Shown here: one piece after another, positions 27,648-36,985 of the stretch
Numbering within the stretch: the first letter of the stretch is position 1
Layout of the letters: every line of letters begins with the position of its first letter
NCBI GenBank assembly: GCA_002440125.1
Contig: DJRQ01000065.1
Location: forward strand, 1,125 to 65,124
Source: Bacillales bacterium UBA6356
Lineage (GTDB): Bacteria > Bacillota_I > Bacilli_A > RFN20 > CAG-826
Reading direction: 5' to 3'
DNA: 64,000 bases
The notes under the pieces: generated by a model
The model's input: only the letters and a program-made list of their open reading frames with translations
Databases searched by the model: none
Told to the model about the DNA's origin: nothing
Made by a program: the position numbers and the translations under genes

Positions 27648-29474
27648 TCATTCTTTCTTTTTGGTAGCTTGTCTTAGACGCGATTTATGGCGTTTCGCGT
27701 ATTCTTTTAGAATCTCCGCTTGGGAACGGATATCCTTCCCTTCGAGGTCTTTCGACAACAAAGCGTCATCGCTCATCCTCGCTCTTTCTTCGCCTATGGC
27801 TTCGGCGCAGGCTTGGAGTTGTTCGAGACTGAAGGAAGGGTGATAGGTATCATCGGAAACATCATTTATGGTAGCGATAAGGCCATCTTTGTTTTCCTCT
27901 TCGTCGTTGGTCTCGATATCGCCAAGCAAGAGAGGCAAGGATATCTTTTCCTTTCTTTTCTGAACATAGTCGATGATGTAATTCGCGATTTCGTTGTAAT
28001 TAGGACTCGTGAAGTTATCGATATTCTTCTTGAAGAACTCCACCGCTTCAGGATAAAGAAGCATGTAATAGAGAGTTTCTCTTTCGGCTTTGAAAAGCCT
28101 TTTTCGGAAACGTTGTTCGGGGTGGAATTTTGAAAGCTCTATTTCTTCGGAGTAATCAATCTCTTCCTCTGTTTTTTCGCCAGGTTCAGCTTTGTTTATT
28201 TCTTCCCTTATGGCTTCCTTTTCGTATCCGGTTGCCTTAGCGAGCCTAATGATCGTGTTTTCTCTTTCAAGGCCTGGAGGGATATTTCGAAGCTGAGGTA
28301 TGAAATAATGCATGACTTTGGAACGCTCTTCAGGAGTTTTTAGGTTCCGGACGTTGGTGTAATAATTGACTTGGAAGGTGAAGGGATCGACCAAATTGTT
28401 CATTTTGGCGACCAATTCATGGGCTCCGCCTTCTTGATAGATGTCGTCTGGATCCCGTAAATCGCCTGGATTGCTGACTAATCGGAAAGCAAGGCCGGCT
28501 TTATTGAGCTGGGTGATGATTTTCATCATTCCTTCTTGCCCTGGAGCGTCGCCGTCCAAGCAAACACGGACTTCCGCATTCAATTGCCGAAGTAGCATTA
28601 TCTGCTCTGCCGTAAGGCTTGTTCCCATTAGAGCGAGCGCGCTTTCTAAGCCCGCTCTTCCCAAAGCCATTACATCCATAAAGCCCTCTAAGAGGTAAAC
28701 ATATCCGGCATGGCGAGCAATAGGCCTCACGTTGTGATAATTGTAAAGGAGCTTACCTTTTTTGAAGATCGGAGTTTCGGGCGAGTTGATATACTTCGCG
28801 GTATCATTGTCAAGAAGCCTTCTCGCGCTATATCCCACCACTTGTCCTTGGGGGTTTTTAAGCGGGAACATAAGCCTTCCCGCATTCGAATCGCTCATGC
28901 CCTCGGCTTTGGCCATGGCAATTCCGATATCTTCTATCGCCTTGACGGAATGGCCTCTTTTAAGTAGGTATTCAATTGTTTTGCGACCGTCTTGAAGGCT
29001 ATAGCCGAGGCCGTATTTTTGAATATCTTGTTGCGATATTCCTCTTTTTTTAAGGTAATCGCGTGCTATTTGGGCCTCTGGGGTTGTTAAACCATATTCG
29101 TAGAATTTCTGTAAATCGTTGATGCAGGAATAAAGGGAGGCGGTTCGTGCATCAATTTTGGGCAAGAACGAATCTTCTTTCAAACGTGGGTCTTTTATTC
29201 CCATGATATCGGCCACTTTTTTTAAGGCCTCAAAGAAGGAACAGTGTTCGTATTTCTCTACGAAAGAAATGGCGTTGCCGCTTGCTCCACAAGCAAAACA
29301 TTTAAAAATTTGCTTCTCTTGGGAGATGCTCATGGATGGGTGATGGTCATCGTGAAAAGGACAGACCGATGCGAAATTTCGGCCTTTCTTTATGACAGGA
29401 ATGTAAGCCGAAATGACGGTCACAATGTCCGTTTCCGAAAGAATGCTATCGACTAAAGGGCGGATATCGTTCAT
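27648..29474 (-). CDS. dnaG: DNA primase
   Basis: 608 aa. It has the zinc finger [25 protein letters not shown] and the TOPRIM motifs LLEGFMDV and LDGDAPG. Confidence 0.92.
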   Translation of the reverse strand: MNDIRPLVDSILSETDIVTVISAYIPVIKKGRNFASVCPFHDDHHPSMSISQEKQIFKCFACGASGNAISFVEKYEHCSFFEALKKVADIMGIKDPRLKEDSFLPKIDARTASLYSCINDLQKFYEYGLTTPEAQIARDYLKKRGISQQDIQKYGLGYSLQDGRKTIEYLLKRGHSVKAIEDIGIAMAKAEGMSDSNAGRLMFPLKNPQGQVVGYSARRLLDNDTAKYINSPETPIFKKGKLLYNYHNVRPIARHAGYVYLLEGFMDVMALGRAGLESALALMGTSLTAEQIMLLRQLNAEVRVCLDGDAPGQEGMMKIITQLNKAGLAFRLVSNPGDLRDPDDIYQEGGAHELVAKMNNLVDPFTFQVNYYTNVRNLKTPEERSKVMHYFIPQLRNIPPGLERENTIIRLAKATGYEKEAIREEINKAEPGEKTEEEIDYSEEIELSKFHPEQRFRKRLFKAERETLYYMLLYPEAVEFFKKNIDNFTSPNYNEIANYIIDYVQKRKEKISLPLLLGDIETNDEEENKDGLIATINDVSDDTYHPSFSLEQLQACAEAIGEERARMSDDALLSKDLEGKDIRSQAEILKEYAKRHKSRLRQATKKKE

Positions 29475-29486
29475 GCGACCTCTTTT

Positions 29487-30866
29487 TTAATAGAAACACT
29501 TCTCATTGAAGAAGTTGGTAAGCTCTGCGATAGGAAGTCGGATTTGCTTCATCGAATCCCTTTCGCGGATCGTCACTTGACCGTCGTTTTCCGTTTCGAA
29601 ATCAATCGTGATGCAATAAGGAGTTCCGATTTCGTCTTGGCGGCGGTAGCGTTTTCCGATAGAACCCGTGACGTCGTAGGTAACCATGAAATATGGGTTA
29701 AGAAGTTTCAAAACTTCCATCGCTTTCCCTTCAAGCTTTTTGCTTAATGGCAAAATGGCGGCTTTATACGGGGCGAGGGCGGGAAGCAAATGCATGAGGA
29801 CGCGTGTGTCCCCTCCTTCCAAGGCTTCTTCGTCGTAGGCGTCTACCATGGTCATGAGCATCAAACGATCAAGTCCCATGGAAGGCTCGATAACGTAAGG
29901 AAGGTAGCGTTCGTTGGTCTCAGGATCGAAATAGGTGAGATCTTGCTTGCTATATTCCTGATGTCTTTTCAAATCGTAATCGGTGCGATCGGCAACGCCT
30001 AAAATCTCTCCCCATCCGATGGAAGGGAAGTCATATTCGACATCGGTCGTTGCTTTACTGTAGAAAGCCAATTCAGCCGGCTCGTGGTCGCGAAAACGGA
30101 GGTTTTCCGCTTTCGGTCCGAGCGATTCAACGAATTTGAGGCAATACTCTTTCCAATATTTGAACCATTCCAAATCCGTTCCCGGTTTGCAAAAGAACTC
30201 CATCTCCATTTGTTCGAATTCGCGGGTTCTGAATGTAAAGTTTCCAGGCGTGATTTCGTTACGGAAACTCTTGCCGGAATTGCAAATGCCGAAAGGCAAC
30301 TTTTTGCGGGCGCTTCTTTGCACGTTCTTGAAATTCACGAAGACGCCTTGAGCTGTTTCCGGACGCAAGTAAACGAGGGAACTTCCATCCTCGGTGACGC
30401 CGATATGGGTCTTGAACATCATGTTGAATTTGCGAATCGGAGTGAAATCGCTCTTTCCGCATTCTGGGCAAACCAATTTATGCGTTTTTATGAAGGCATC
30501 CATGTCTTCGAATGTCATTGCATCCGTATCGACATCGGGATATTGGGCCTTGATGAGTTCATCAGCCCGATGACGGGCTTTGCAAGACTTGCAATCGATC
30601 ATAGGGTCGTTGAAAGTGGAGACGTGTCCAGTCGCTTCCCACACCTTCGGATTCATCAAAATGGCAGCATCCAAACCTACATTCGTTGGCGACTCTTGGA
30701 CGAATCTCTTCCACCAGCAGCCGCGGATGTTTCTTTTTAATTCGGCACCTAATGGACCATAGTCCCAAGTGTTTGATAAGCCACCATAGATCGCAGAACC
30801 GGCGTAGACATAACCCGTCGCTTGTAAATGGGTGACGATTTTCTCGAATGTGAATTTTGAAGCCAT
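29487..30866 (-). CDS. glyQS: Glycine--tRNA ligase, single-chain (alpha2-type) GlyQS
   Basis: The start is trimmed to [10 protein letters not shown] (RBS AAGAGGAAA), giving 459 aa. Class II motifs are present ([28 protein letters not shown]). Confidence 0.92.
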   Translation of the reverse strand: MASKFTFEKIVTHLQATGYVYAGSAIYGGLSNTWDYGPLGAELKRNIRGCWWKRFVQESPTNVGLDAAILMNPKVWEATGHVSTFNDPMIDCKSCKARHRADELIKAQYPDVDTDAMTFEDMDAFIKTHKLVCPECGKSDFTPIRKFNMMFKTHIGVTEDGSSLVYLRPETAQGVFVNFKNVQRSARKKLPFGICNSGKSFRNEITPGNFTFRTREFEQMEMEFFCKPGTDLEWFKYWKEYCLKFVESLGPKAENLRFRDHEPAELAFYSKATTDVEYDFPSIGWGEILGVADRTDYDLKRHQEYSKQDLTYFDPETNERYLPYVIEPSMGLDRLMLMTMVDAYDEEALEGGDTRVLMHLLPALAPYKAAILPLSKKLEGKAMEVLKLLNPYFMVTYDVTGSIGKRYRRQDEIGTPYCITIDFETENDGQVTIRERDSMKQIRLPIAELTNFFNEKCFY

Positions 30867-30936
30867 TGTTTTCCTCTTTTTATAACAAAAGAAGTTTAAT
30901 GGTCTTTCTACGTATGTCAACACACTTTAAGTGAAC

Positions 30937-31674
30937 CTAAAATGCCGATAGAAGCTTTAAAGAAGCTATTTTAACGCCAAAGCCGTATTCCACGAAATCG
31001 CCCCACTCCCGCAAGAGCGATAACGCTGTTTTTTTAGCGAATGAAATCGTTCCCATTTTTTCTATTGGCGCCAAAAAGGCGAAGCGAATGACTTTAAGCT
31101 CATAAGCGCTTTTCCTTTCGCTTTCGCTTTGGATGTCGTTTTTGCAAATGAAGCCTCCGTCGGCGTAAGAAAGGCCGACGATGTTCCTTTTGCCTTGGCA
31201 ACGAACGCACTTGGAGACATCCAGGGCGATGCCGTTTTCCTTTAAGATCTTGGCGAAGAAAAGAAGACAAGCGCTCAAGGGGTCAAAACCTTCGTTTATG
31301 TTTTTGAGCGTTTCATCCAAGACCTCATAAACATTTTGAAAATTCGTCAATTCGTTGGTGAAAGTCCTTAGAAGCTCTCCTAGAAAATTTAAGGCAAAAA
31401 TCCTATCGATATCATCGTTTGCGCTCATCGTTCTTTCGATGGTCGCTTCCTTTAGAGAAAGACCGCCTTGGATTCCCTCGAAAAGGGTGTATTTCCCTTT
31501 CGTCAGCATTAAAAGAGAGGAGGCGTTTTTGCTGGTCACCTTTTTTGTTCCGCGTGCCAAAAAAGAAAAACGTCCTTTCCTTGTGATAAGCTCAACTATT
31601 TGGTCGTTATCCTTGAAATCAACGGTCCTAATGACTATTCCTTCGAGGGTTTTAACTTCTTTTCTTATTGCCAT
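30937..31674 (-). CDS. recO: DNA repair protein RecO
   Basis: 245 aa with an N-terminal OB-fold (LEGIVIRTVDFKDNDQIV.LITRKGRFSFLARG) and a Cys-containing zinc motif (CVRCQG...GGFIC). Synteny: era-recO. Confidence 0.85.
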   Translation of the reverse strand: MAIRKEVKTLEGIVIRTVDFKDNDQIVELITRKGRFSFLARGTKKVTSKNASSLLMLTKGKYTLFEGIQGGLSLKEATIERTMSANDDIDRIFALNFLGELLRTFTNELTNFQNVYEVLDETLKNINEGFDPLSACLLFFAKILKENGIALDVSKCVRCQGKRNIVGLSYADGGFICKNDIQSESERKSAYELKVIRFAFLAPIEKMGTISFAKKTALSLLREWGDFVEYGFGVKIASLKLLSAF

Positions 31675-32545
31675 AGCCGACTTTCAAGAGCTTTCTTGGG
31701 TCGTTCCTCCAGTTCTCGAGCACCTCTACGTTGCAATAAAGGCTTACGTTCATTTTCCACATGCTTTCCAATTCGTGGCGGCTCCGCATGGATATTTTCT
31801 TTATCATATCGCCGCTTTTGCCGACGATAATGGCTTTCTGATTGTTCTTCGAACAGTAAATAGTTGCCTTGATAAGGGCGGCCTTATTGTCTTCTTTCGC
31901 TTCGAAAGAATCGATAACAACGGCGCAATCATGAGGGATTTCTTCCTTTAAGAAATGTAAAAGGCTCTCGCGAATCACTTCTTTGGCGGTAAAGGGCCTA
32001 TCCTTATCCGTGATGACGTCTTCCGGATAAAATGGCAAGCCTTCTGGCAAAGCCTCTTTGAGAGCGAGCTTAATATCTTTCAAGCCAAAATTTTTTAGCG
32101 CGCTTATTTCTATGATCTCATAATCTTTGGCGGTTTCTTTAAAATGCGCTTTTATCTCTTCCATCCGAGGAAGACGAACCTTATCGATCTTATTGAGCAA
32201 AAGGAATTTCGGCTTATCGAGCTTGATGCTTTTTAGGAAGGCATCGTCTTGTTCGAAAGAATCGATGGAGCAGTCCACCAAATAGCAAAGGGCATCCACA
32301 TCGCTAAGCGAGCGACGGGCGGCGTGGTACATCGCTTTATAAAGAGCTTCTTCTCCTTCGAAGAGCCCAGGAGTATCCACATAAACTATTTGGAGATCCT
32401 TTTCGTTGTATATTCCCAAAATATCGTCTCTTGTCGTCTGACTCCGGGGCGAGACTATCGACACCTTTTTGCTTAAGATTGCATTCAAAAGGGTGCTTTT
32501 GCCAGCGTTTGGTCTCCCTAAGAGGGCTACAAATCCTGTTTTCAT
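31652..32545 (-). CDS. era: GTPase Era
   Basis: 297 aa. Motifs seen: GRPNAGKSTLLN, DTPG, NKID, and a C-terminal KH domain. Confidence 0.93.
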   Translation of the reverse strand: MKTGFVALLGRPNAGKSTLLNAILSKKVSIVSPRSQTTRDDILGIYNEKDLQIVYVDTPGLFEGEEALYKAMYHAARRSLSDVDALCYLVDCSIDSFEQDDAFLKSIKLDKPKFLLLNKIDKVRLPRMEEIKAHFKETAKDYEIIEISALKNFGLKDIKLALKEALPEGLPFYPEDVITDKDRPFTAKEVIRESLLHFLKEEIPHDCAVVIDSFEAKEDNKAALIKATIYCSKNNQKAIIVGKSGDMIKKISMRSRHELESMWKMNVSLYCNVEVLENWRNDPRKLLKVGYGNKKRS

Positions 32546-32943
32546 TAGATTTCATCTCCATAAAAGGCGAAAGGAAGGAGCTCTTCGATGGTCGTTTGGC
32601 GAATCTCGCCCTTGGTGTTAGCCAAATAAATCGGCGCTTCTTCAGGATAAAGTTCACTGAGGACCTGTCGGCATAAGCCACATGGCGAAGCGACTTCATC
32701 GGTATCGGTTATTATCGCTAAAGCGACAAAGTCTTCCTTCGTTTTCCCTTCCATCATCGCGTGATACAGGGCGTTTCTCTCGGCGCATATGCCACAAGGA
32801 AATGAGCTATTTTCAACATTGGCTCCCAAATAAATGGATCCATCTTGGCATAGGATCGCCGCTCCTACGGGGAAATGGGAATAAGGCGAATAGGAAAGCT
32901 CCATGGCTTCTTTGGCTTTCTCGACGAGCTCAGTTGATAGCAT
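32545..32943 (-). CDS. cdd: Cytidine deaminase
   Basis: 132 aa with the zinc ligand motifs CAERNALY and PCGLCRQ. Confidence 0.9.
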   Translation of the reverse strand: MLSTELVEKAKEAMELSYSPYSHFPVGAAILCQDGSIYLGANVENSSFPCGICAERNALYHAMMEGKTKEDFVALAIITDTDEVASPCGLCRQVLSELYPEEAPIYLANTKGEIRQTTIEELLPFAFYGDEI

Positions 32944-33400
32944 CTTCGTTCTCCTTGGATAGAATCTTCTCTTGAAGAGGGAACATCACTCCTTCCTCTT
33001 CTTTTGTTTGATGGTCATAGCCAAGCAAATGCAAAAGGCCATGAACGAAAAGGAAGCCAAGTTCCCTATCGAGGCTATTTCCTATCGCTTTCGCTTGCCG
33101 TTTGGCTTGGGGGAGGCATATGAGAATCTCGCCGAGCATGCGGAGAGTCGTTTCATCGTTTATTTGATCTTTGGGGTCTTTATCGTCGTTGAAAGCGAAG
33201 CTGATAACATCGGTCACTCGATCGACATTCCGATAATTCTTGTTGATTTCGTGAATCGTCTTATCGTCTACCAGAGATACATCCACTTCGTAGTTTGTTT
33301 TAATGCCGAGCATTTCGAAAGCGATTCTTTCCAATTCTTTGTATCGCTCGGCGAGTTTGTCCCAAACGGGATCAAGATTGTTTTCGAAAAGTAAATCCAT
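32930..33400 (-). CDS. ybeY: Endoribonuclease YbeY (16S rRNA 3' maturation)
   Basis: 156 aa with the HGLLHLLGYDH zinc motif. Confidence 0.92.
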   Translation of the reverse strand: MDLLFENNLDPVWDKLAERYKELERIAFEMLGIKTNYEVDVSLVDDKTIHEINKNYRNVDRVTDVISFAFNDDKDPKDQINDETTLRMLGEILICLPQAKRQAKAIGNSLDRELGFLFVHGLLHLLGYDHQTKEEEGVMFPLQEKILSKENEDAIN

Positions 33401-33445
33401 GCCAATACATTAGCATAAAGCCCATCTTTTTAATAGATGACGATG

Positions 33446-34687
33446 TCATGGCTTTCGCTTGAAGTTTGCTCGGAAATAAGCTTCGCTCTTTTTCCGTTCC
33501 TCCTCCTTTTCTAAGGCTTCCAAAAAAGGACTATAGGTTTCTAAGACGGCCACAAGAGCGAAAAATTCGAAAAGGAAGAAATTTGTTTCGATGCGTTTTT
33601 CGATTAAAGGAGGCAAGAAAGAGAGAAGGAGAGCGAAGGCAAGGTCGAAAAAGCGATGGTATTCGCTTTTTCGCGAGAGGGTGGTGATTTTCTTTTCAAA
33701 GGAAAGGTAATTTTTAAACGCCTTGTCGCTTTTTTCTTCCCTTTCCAAAGACAAGAGATGTTCTTCCTCCGAGGATAAATCCATTTTTTCTTTCAACGAT
33801 AGAGGTTTAAAAACCAATAAGGACAAGGTCGATTCCAATATCATAAAAAGAGCGCTAAGCAAGAAAGATGGGGTATTGATTCCAAAGACGACAAGAGTCC
33901 CGATAAGGCAAATAGGCGCTTCGACAAAAGTTCTCAAGCGGAAGAAAAGGCTTTTCTTGAAATCCAAATAACGTTTGTATTTTTCAGTTAAATCCCCTTT
34001 CTTTTCAAAAAGCGAAGGCAAATAGACTTTGTCGAATCGTTGCATCTCAAGTCGTATCGCTTCTTTTTCCAATATCAGAAATAGACCGGCGAGGGCAAGA
34101 AAGAGAATCGTCAGATAAACTGGCTTCTCCCCTTCGAAAAAATAAAAGGAAAGGAAAAAGGATAGGCTTGATAATAAAAAGAGGGAAAGAATGGATAAGA
34201 GCCCTTTGAAAGTGAGGTAATGTTCTTTTTTATAGGAGCATTTCCCCTTCTTTTGGAGTTTGCCTTCACCATAGACTCCTGTCCACTTTTCGAGGAGCTC
34301 CTCGAGGGAAACAGAAGTTTCCCCGATATCCGGATCATACAAAACGAAGCCGTTGCCCTTCTTTTTCTTAAGGTAAACAAGATGATTCTCGTTTTTGCCC
34401 TCAAGAAGCAGAAGCAAAGGGAAAGTTTTGTTCTCCTCGATGCTTTTTTTGTTGTTTGCCTTTTTCCAAAGGAGAGAGACCCCTTCTTTCTCAGCCAGTA
34501 ATTTTAACTCCTCCAAAGACTTGGCGCCTTTTTCCTCCAAATACTCGTAATTCCGATCCTTTTTAAGAAAGACGAGCAACATCTTTAAGGAAGCTAAGCC
34601 GCATCCTCCCTTATCCCCGGCGTAAATTAATTGTTCCATCGATAAGAGATAGAGGGGATTTTCGTTTTTTGTTTCAAAAAAATCCAT
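33446..34687 (-). CDS. C39-type cysteine peptidase domain fused to a 6-TM ABC-exporter-like membrane domain, with no nucleotide-binding domain
   Basis: 413 aa. The N-terminal roughly 140 aa contain GGCGLASLKMLL (catalytic Cys context), NHLVYL (His) and LYDPDIG..SLEELLEKWTG (Asp). About six hydrophobic helices follow. The protein ends at residue 413 and ybeY starts 45 nt downstream, so no ATPase domain is present. Confidence 0.65.
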   Translation of the reverse strand: MDFFETKNENPLYLLSMEQLIYAGDKGGCGLASLKMLLVFLKKDRNYEYLEEKGAKSLEELKLLAEKEGVSLLWKKANNKKSIEENKTFPLLLLLEGKNENHLVYLKKKKGNGFVLYDPDIGETSVSLEELLEKWTGVYGEGKLQKKGKCSYKKEHYLTFKGLLSILSLFLLSSLSFFLSFYFFEGEKPVYLTILFLALAGLFLILEKEAIRLEMQRFDKVYLPSLFEKKGDLTEKYKRYLDFKKSLFFRLRTFVEAPICLIGTLVVFGINTPSFLLSALFMILESTLSLLVFKPLSLKEKMDLSSEEEHLLSLEREEKSDKAFKNYLSFEKKITTLSRKSEYHRFFDLAFALLLSFLPPLIEKRIETNFFLFEFFALVAVLETYSPFLEALEKEEERKKSEAYFRANFKRKP

Positions 34688-34708
34688 CCCTTTCGAGATG
34701 GATTGCTT

Positions 34709-34885
34709 TTAATACTTCTTGCGACGAGCAAGCTCGCTTTTCATTTTGCGACGGAGAGCGGTTTTAAGGAAGAATTCACGTTTACGGGATTCAAGAAGAA
34801 TTCCGCTTTTGTTAACGCTTCTTTTGAAGCGACGCATGCCTTCGTCGAGGGTTTCGCCTTCGCGAAGAACTGTTTTGACGGCCAT
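34709..34885 (-). CDS. rpsU: 30S ribosomal protein S21
   Basis: The start is trimmed to [24 protein letters not shown] (RBS AAGGTG upstream), giving 58 aa. Confidence 0.92.
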   Translation of the reverse strand: MAVKTVLREGETLDEGMRRFKRSVNKSGILLESRKREFFLKTALRRKMKSELARRKKY

Positions 34886-34974
34886 GAGATTCACCTTCTT
34901 TCCGTAACGCCACCAATTTTACCTTCCTTCTTCGCTAAATGAAAGATTTTTTCTTATCTTTATCGTTGCTTCTA

Positions 34975-35003
34975 TTGAAAGGCCTGAATCAAGATTTTAA
35001 AAT
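34975..35003 (+). promoter_or_regulatory. Sigma-A-type promoter abutting the glycosyltransferase ATG (leaderless type)
   Basis: TTGAAA (34975-34980), a 17-nt spacer, TAAAAT (34998-35003), then 7 nt to the ATG at 35011. There is no SD. Confidence 0.5.
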
Positions 35004-35010
35004 TTTCGAT

Positions 35011-35970
35011 ATGGATCCAAAATTGAAGCCTTCTATCAGCGTCATCGTCCCTGTTTATCGCGCCGAGAAGACATTGGAGAGGGCCATTAAGAGTCTTTTA
35101 TCGCAAACCTTTCAAGATTTTGAGGTTCTTTTTGCTTTTGACGGAGGGGAAGAATCGCTTTCGATCTTGGAAAAATACGAAAAAGAGCATCCCAACTTCC
35201 TTATCCGCCGCCACTCTTATCGAATGGGCGCTGGAAAAGGACGGCTCGAAGCCATCAAACACGCCAAAGGCGAACATCTCGCTTTCCTCGATAGTGACGA
35301 CTATTTCTTGCCTTCTTGCTTGGAGACGCTCTATCGAGCCGCCAAAAAAGAGAAGGCGGATGTTGTTGGCGCCTCTTTTTTCGTTTTGAGGAAAGAGGGA
35401 TCGAAGCCCAGCAAGAACCTTTTTGAAAAAAAGGTCGTTTTGACGGATGAAAGAAGCATTCTTAAAGCCTTTTTCAACGACACTTTCTTTCGCTCCTTTT
35501 TATGGAATAAGCTCATCAAGAGATCCTTGATAGAGAATAATCCTTTCCTTTCTTTTAGCGAAAAAGGCGATCTTTTCGAAGACAAAGCGCTTTTGGGAAG
35601 TCTCTTAATCCATGCTCGAAAGGTCGTTTCCATAAAAGATCCCGTTTATGTCTACAACAAGACGAATGGGGAGAGCCTCACGAGTTCCTCTCGGAAAGAC
35701 CGTCATAGCCATGCCATCGACGTCTATAGCGCCCTTATCGGCCTTTTCCGCTTTTTAAAAGATGAAATCGCCTTGGAAAGTTTCTACTCTTCCCTTTTTC
35801 GTGTTCGCCTTTCTCTCTCTTACGATTTCTTTTGCGACAAGAAAAACGGCGCTTCGAAAGAATATCTTCGAAAGGAGAAGATGAAACAAAAAAGCCTTTT
35901 TGAGAAAGGAAGCGAAGAAATGCTTTCTTCCTTTTCCAAAAGGCTTGTTCGCTTAGATGATATCGATTAA
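35011..35970 (+). CDS. Family 2 glycosyltransferase
   Basis: Motifs seen: PSISVIVPVYRAEKTLERAIKSLLSQTF and the DxD-type LAFLDSDDYF. The start is taken at MDPKLKP (35011). The ORF-track start at 34939 adds 24 unlikely residues and would lie upstream of the promoter. Confidence 0.8.
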   Translation: MDPKLKPSISVIVPVYRAEKTLERAIKSLLSQTFQDFEVLFAFDGGEESLSILEKYEKEHPNFLIRRHSYRMGAGKGRLEAIKHAKGEHLAFLDSDDYFLPSCLETLYRAAKKEKADVVGASFFVLRKEGSKPSKNLFEKKVVLTDERSILKAFFNDTFFRSFLWNKLIKRSLIENNPFLSFSEKGDLFEDKALLGSLLIHARKVVSIKDPVYVYNKTNGESLTSSSRKDRHSHAIDVYSALIGLFRFLKDEIALESFYSSLFRVRLSLSYDFFCDKKNGASKEYLRKEKMKQKSLFEKGSEEMLSSFSKRLVRLDDID

Positions 35971-36623
35971 TCTTCGTCTTTGATGGTCTCGATTATCTCG
36001 ACGCTATTCGAGGAGCCGATTCGATTGGCACCAGCTTGAATCATGTTATAGAAATCTTTGGCTGAACGAATGCCGCCTGCCGCCTTAACGCCAATATATG
36101 GGCCAACGACTTGCCGCATCAGGGAGACGTCCTCAGCCTTGGCACCGCTTTTTCCAAAGCCCGTCGATGTTTTCACGAAGTCACACCCTGCTCTTTTAGC
36201 TGCCGCGGCGCAATAGGCGATTTCGTCTCTAGAAAGATAACAACATTCGAGAATGACTTTGAGCGTATGCTTTCCAACCGCTTTTTTTACGGCGGCGATT
36301 TCCCTTTCGATAAAAGAGTAATCATGCTCTTTCGCCATCGACACGTTCTGAACCATGTCGATTTCGTCCGCTCCCATCTTAAGGGCATCGATGGCTTCAG
36401 CCACCTTCATCTTAGGCGTGTTTTGCCCTAAGGGGAAACCGATGACGGTACAAACCAAAACGCCGGAACCTTCGAGGAGTTTTTTCGCTACCGGGACGAA
36501 AAAAGGATTGACGCAGACGGATTTAAATCCGTACTTCCGCGCCTCAGAGCAAAGCTTAACGATGTCGCTTCGTTTGGCGTCGGCTTTGAGATTCGTGTGA
36601 TCGAAATATTTTGCAATGTCCAT
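35967..36623 (-). CDS. deoC: Deoxyribose-phosphate aldolase
   Basis: The start is trimmed to MDIAKYFDHTNLK (RBS AAGAGG), giving 218 aa. Motifs seen: VCTVIGFPLG and FVKTSTGF (Schiff-base Lys context). Confidence 0.9.
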   Translation of the reverse strand: MDIAKYFDHTNLKADAKRSDIVKLCSEARKYGFKSVCVNPFFVPVAKKLLEGSGVLVCTVIGFPLGQNTPKMKVAEAIDALKMGADEIDMVQNVSMAKEHDYSFIEREIAAVKKAVGKHTLKVILECCYLSRDEIAYCAAAAKRAGCDFVKTSTGFGKSGAKAEDVSLMRQVVGPYIGVKAAGGIRSAKDFYNMIQAGANRIGSSNSVEIIETIKDED

Positions 36624-36661
36624 GTTCGAGACCTCTTTTCTACATGATAACGGCAATTAAT

Positions 36662-36688
36662 AAAAAACGCCAACGAATGGCGTTTTTT
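36662..36688 (-). terminator. Intrinsic terminator of rpmF (symmetric A/T-flanked hairpin)
   Basis: Minus strand: AAAAAACGCCA-UUCGU-UGGCGUUUUUU, directly after the rpmF TAG. Confidence 0.75.
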
Positions 36689-36689
36689 G

Positions 36690-36878
36690 CTATTTTTCTT
36701 CCTTCTTGAGGTGAAGAACATCCTTGCCGTCGTAATAGCCGCATTCTGGGCAAACACGATGAGAACGGATGGTCGCACCGCAATGAGAGCAAGTAACCAA
36801 ACCCGTGACGCTTAATTTGAAATGAGTGCGGCGGAGTCTTTTAGCGGTTTTGCTCGTTCTTCTCTGTGGGACTGCCAT
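36690..36878 (-). CDS. rpmF: 50S ribosomal protein L32
   Basis: 62 aa reading [22 protein letters not shown]...CSHCG...CPECGYY (zinc-ribbon L32). Confidence 0.92.
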   Translation of the reverse strand: MAVPQRRTSKTAKRLRRTHFKLSVTGLVTCSHCGATIRSHRVCPECGYYDGKDVLHLKKEEK

Positions 36879-36909
36879 AGTTATCGTTTCCTTTCTTTTT
36901 TCCTTAGGT

Positions 36910-36937
36910 ATTATAAGGAAGAATCAATGGGTATCAA
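36910..36937 (-). promoter_or_regulatory. Candidate sigma-A promoter of rpmF
   Basis: Minus strand: TTGATA, a 16-nt spacer, then TATAAT, about 30 nt upstream of the rpmF ATG. Confidence 0.5.
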
Positions 36938-36985
36938 TAACTTTTAATACAATGTCAAAAAATAAACTTAAATAATCGATATAAA

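Noticed and set aside
26930-27677. Serine-rich and low-complexity plus-strand ORFs opposite the 5' part of rpoD
   Set aside because: They are the mirror image of the acidic (GAA/GAT-rich) region 1.1 of rpoD and are not independent genes.
30867-30936. Expected T-box leader upstream of the glycyl-tRNA synthetase gene
   Set aside because: Only 70 nt separate recO from glyQS, which is too short. There is no T-box sequence, specifier loop or terminator/antiterminator pair, so the gene appears simply co-transcribed with recO.
30084-31951. Long plus-strand ORFs of 218 aa (30084-30740) and 198 aa (31355-31951), antisense to glyQS and recO/era
   Set aside because: The opposite-strand frames carry unmistakable GlyRS, RecO and Era motifs. 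The antisense products have no motifs or ribosome-binding sites.
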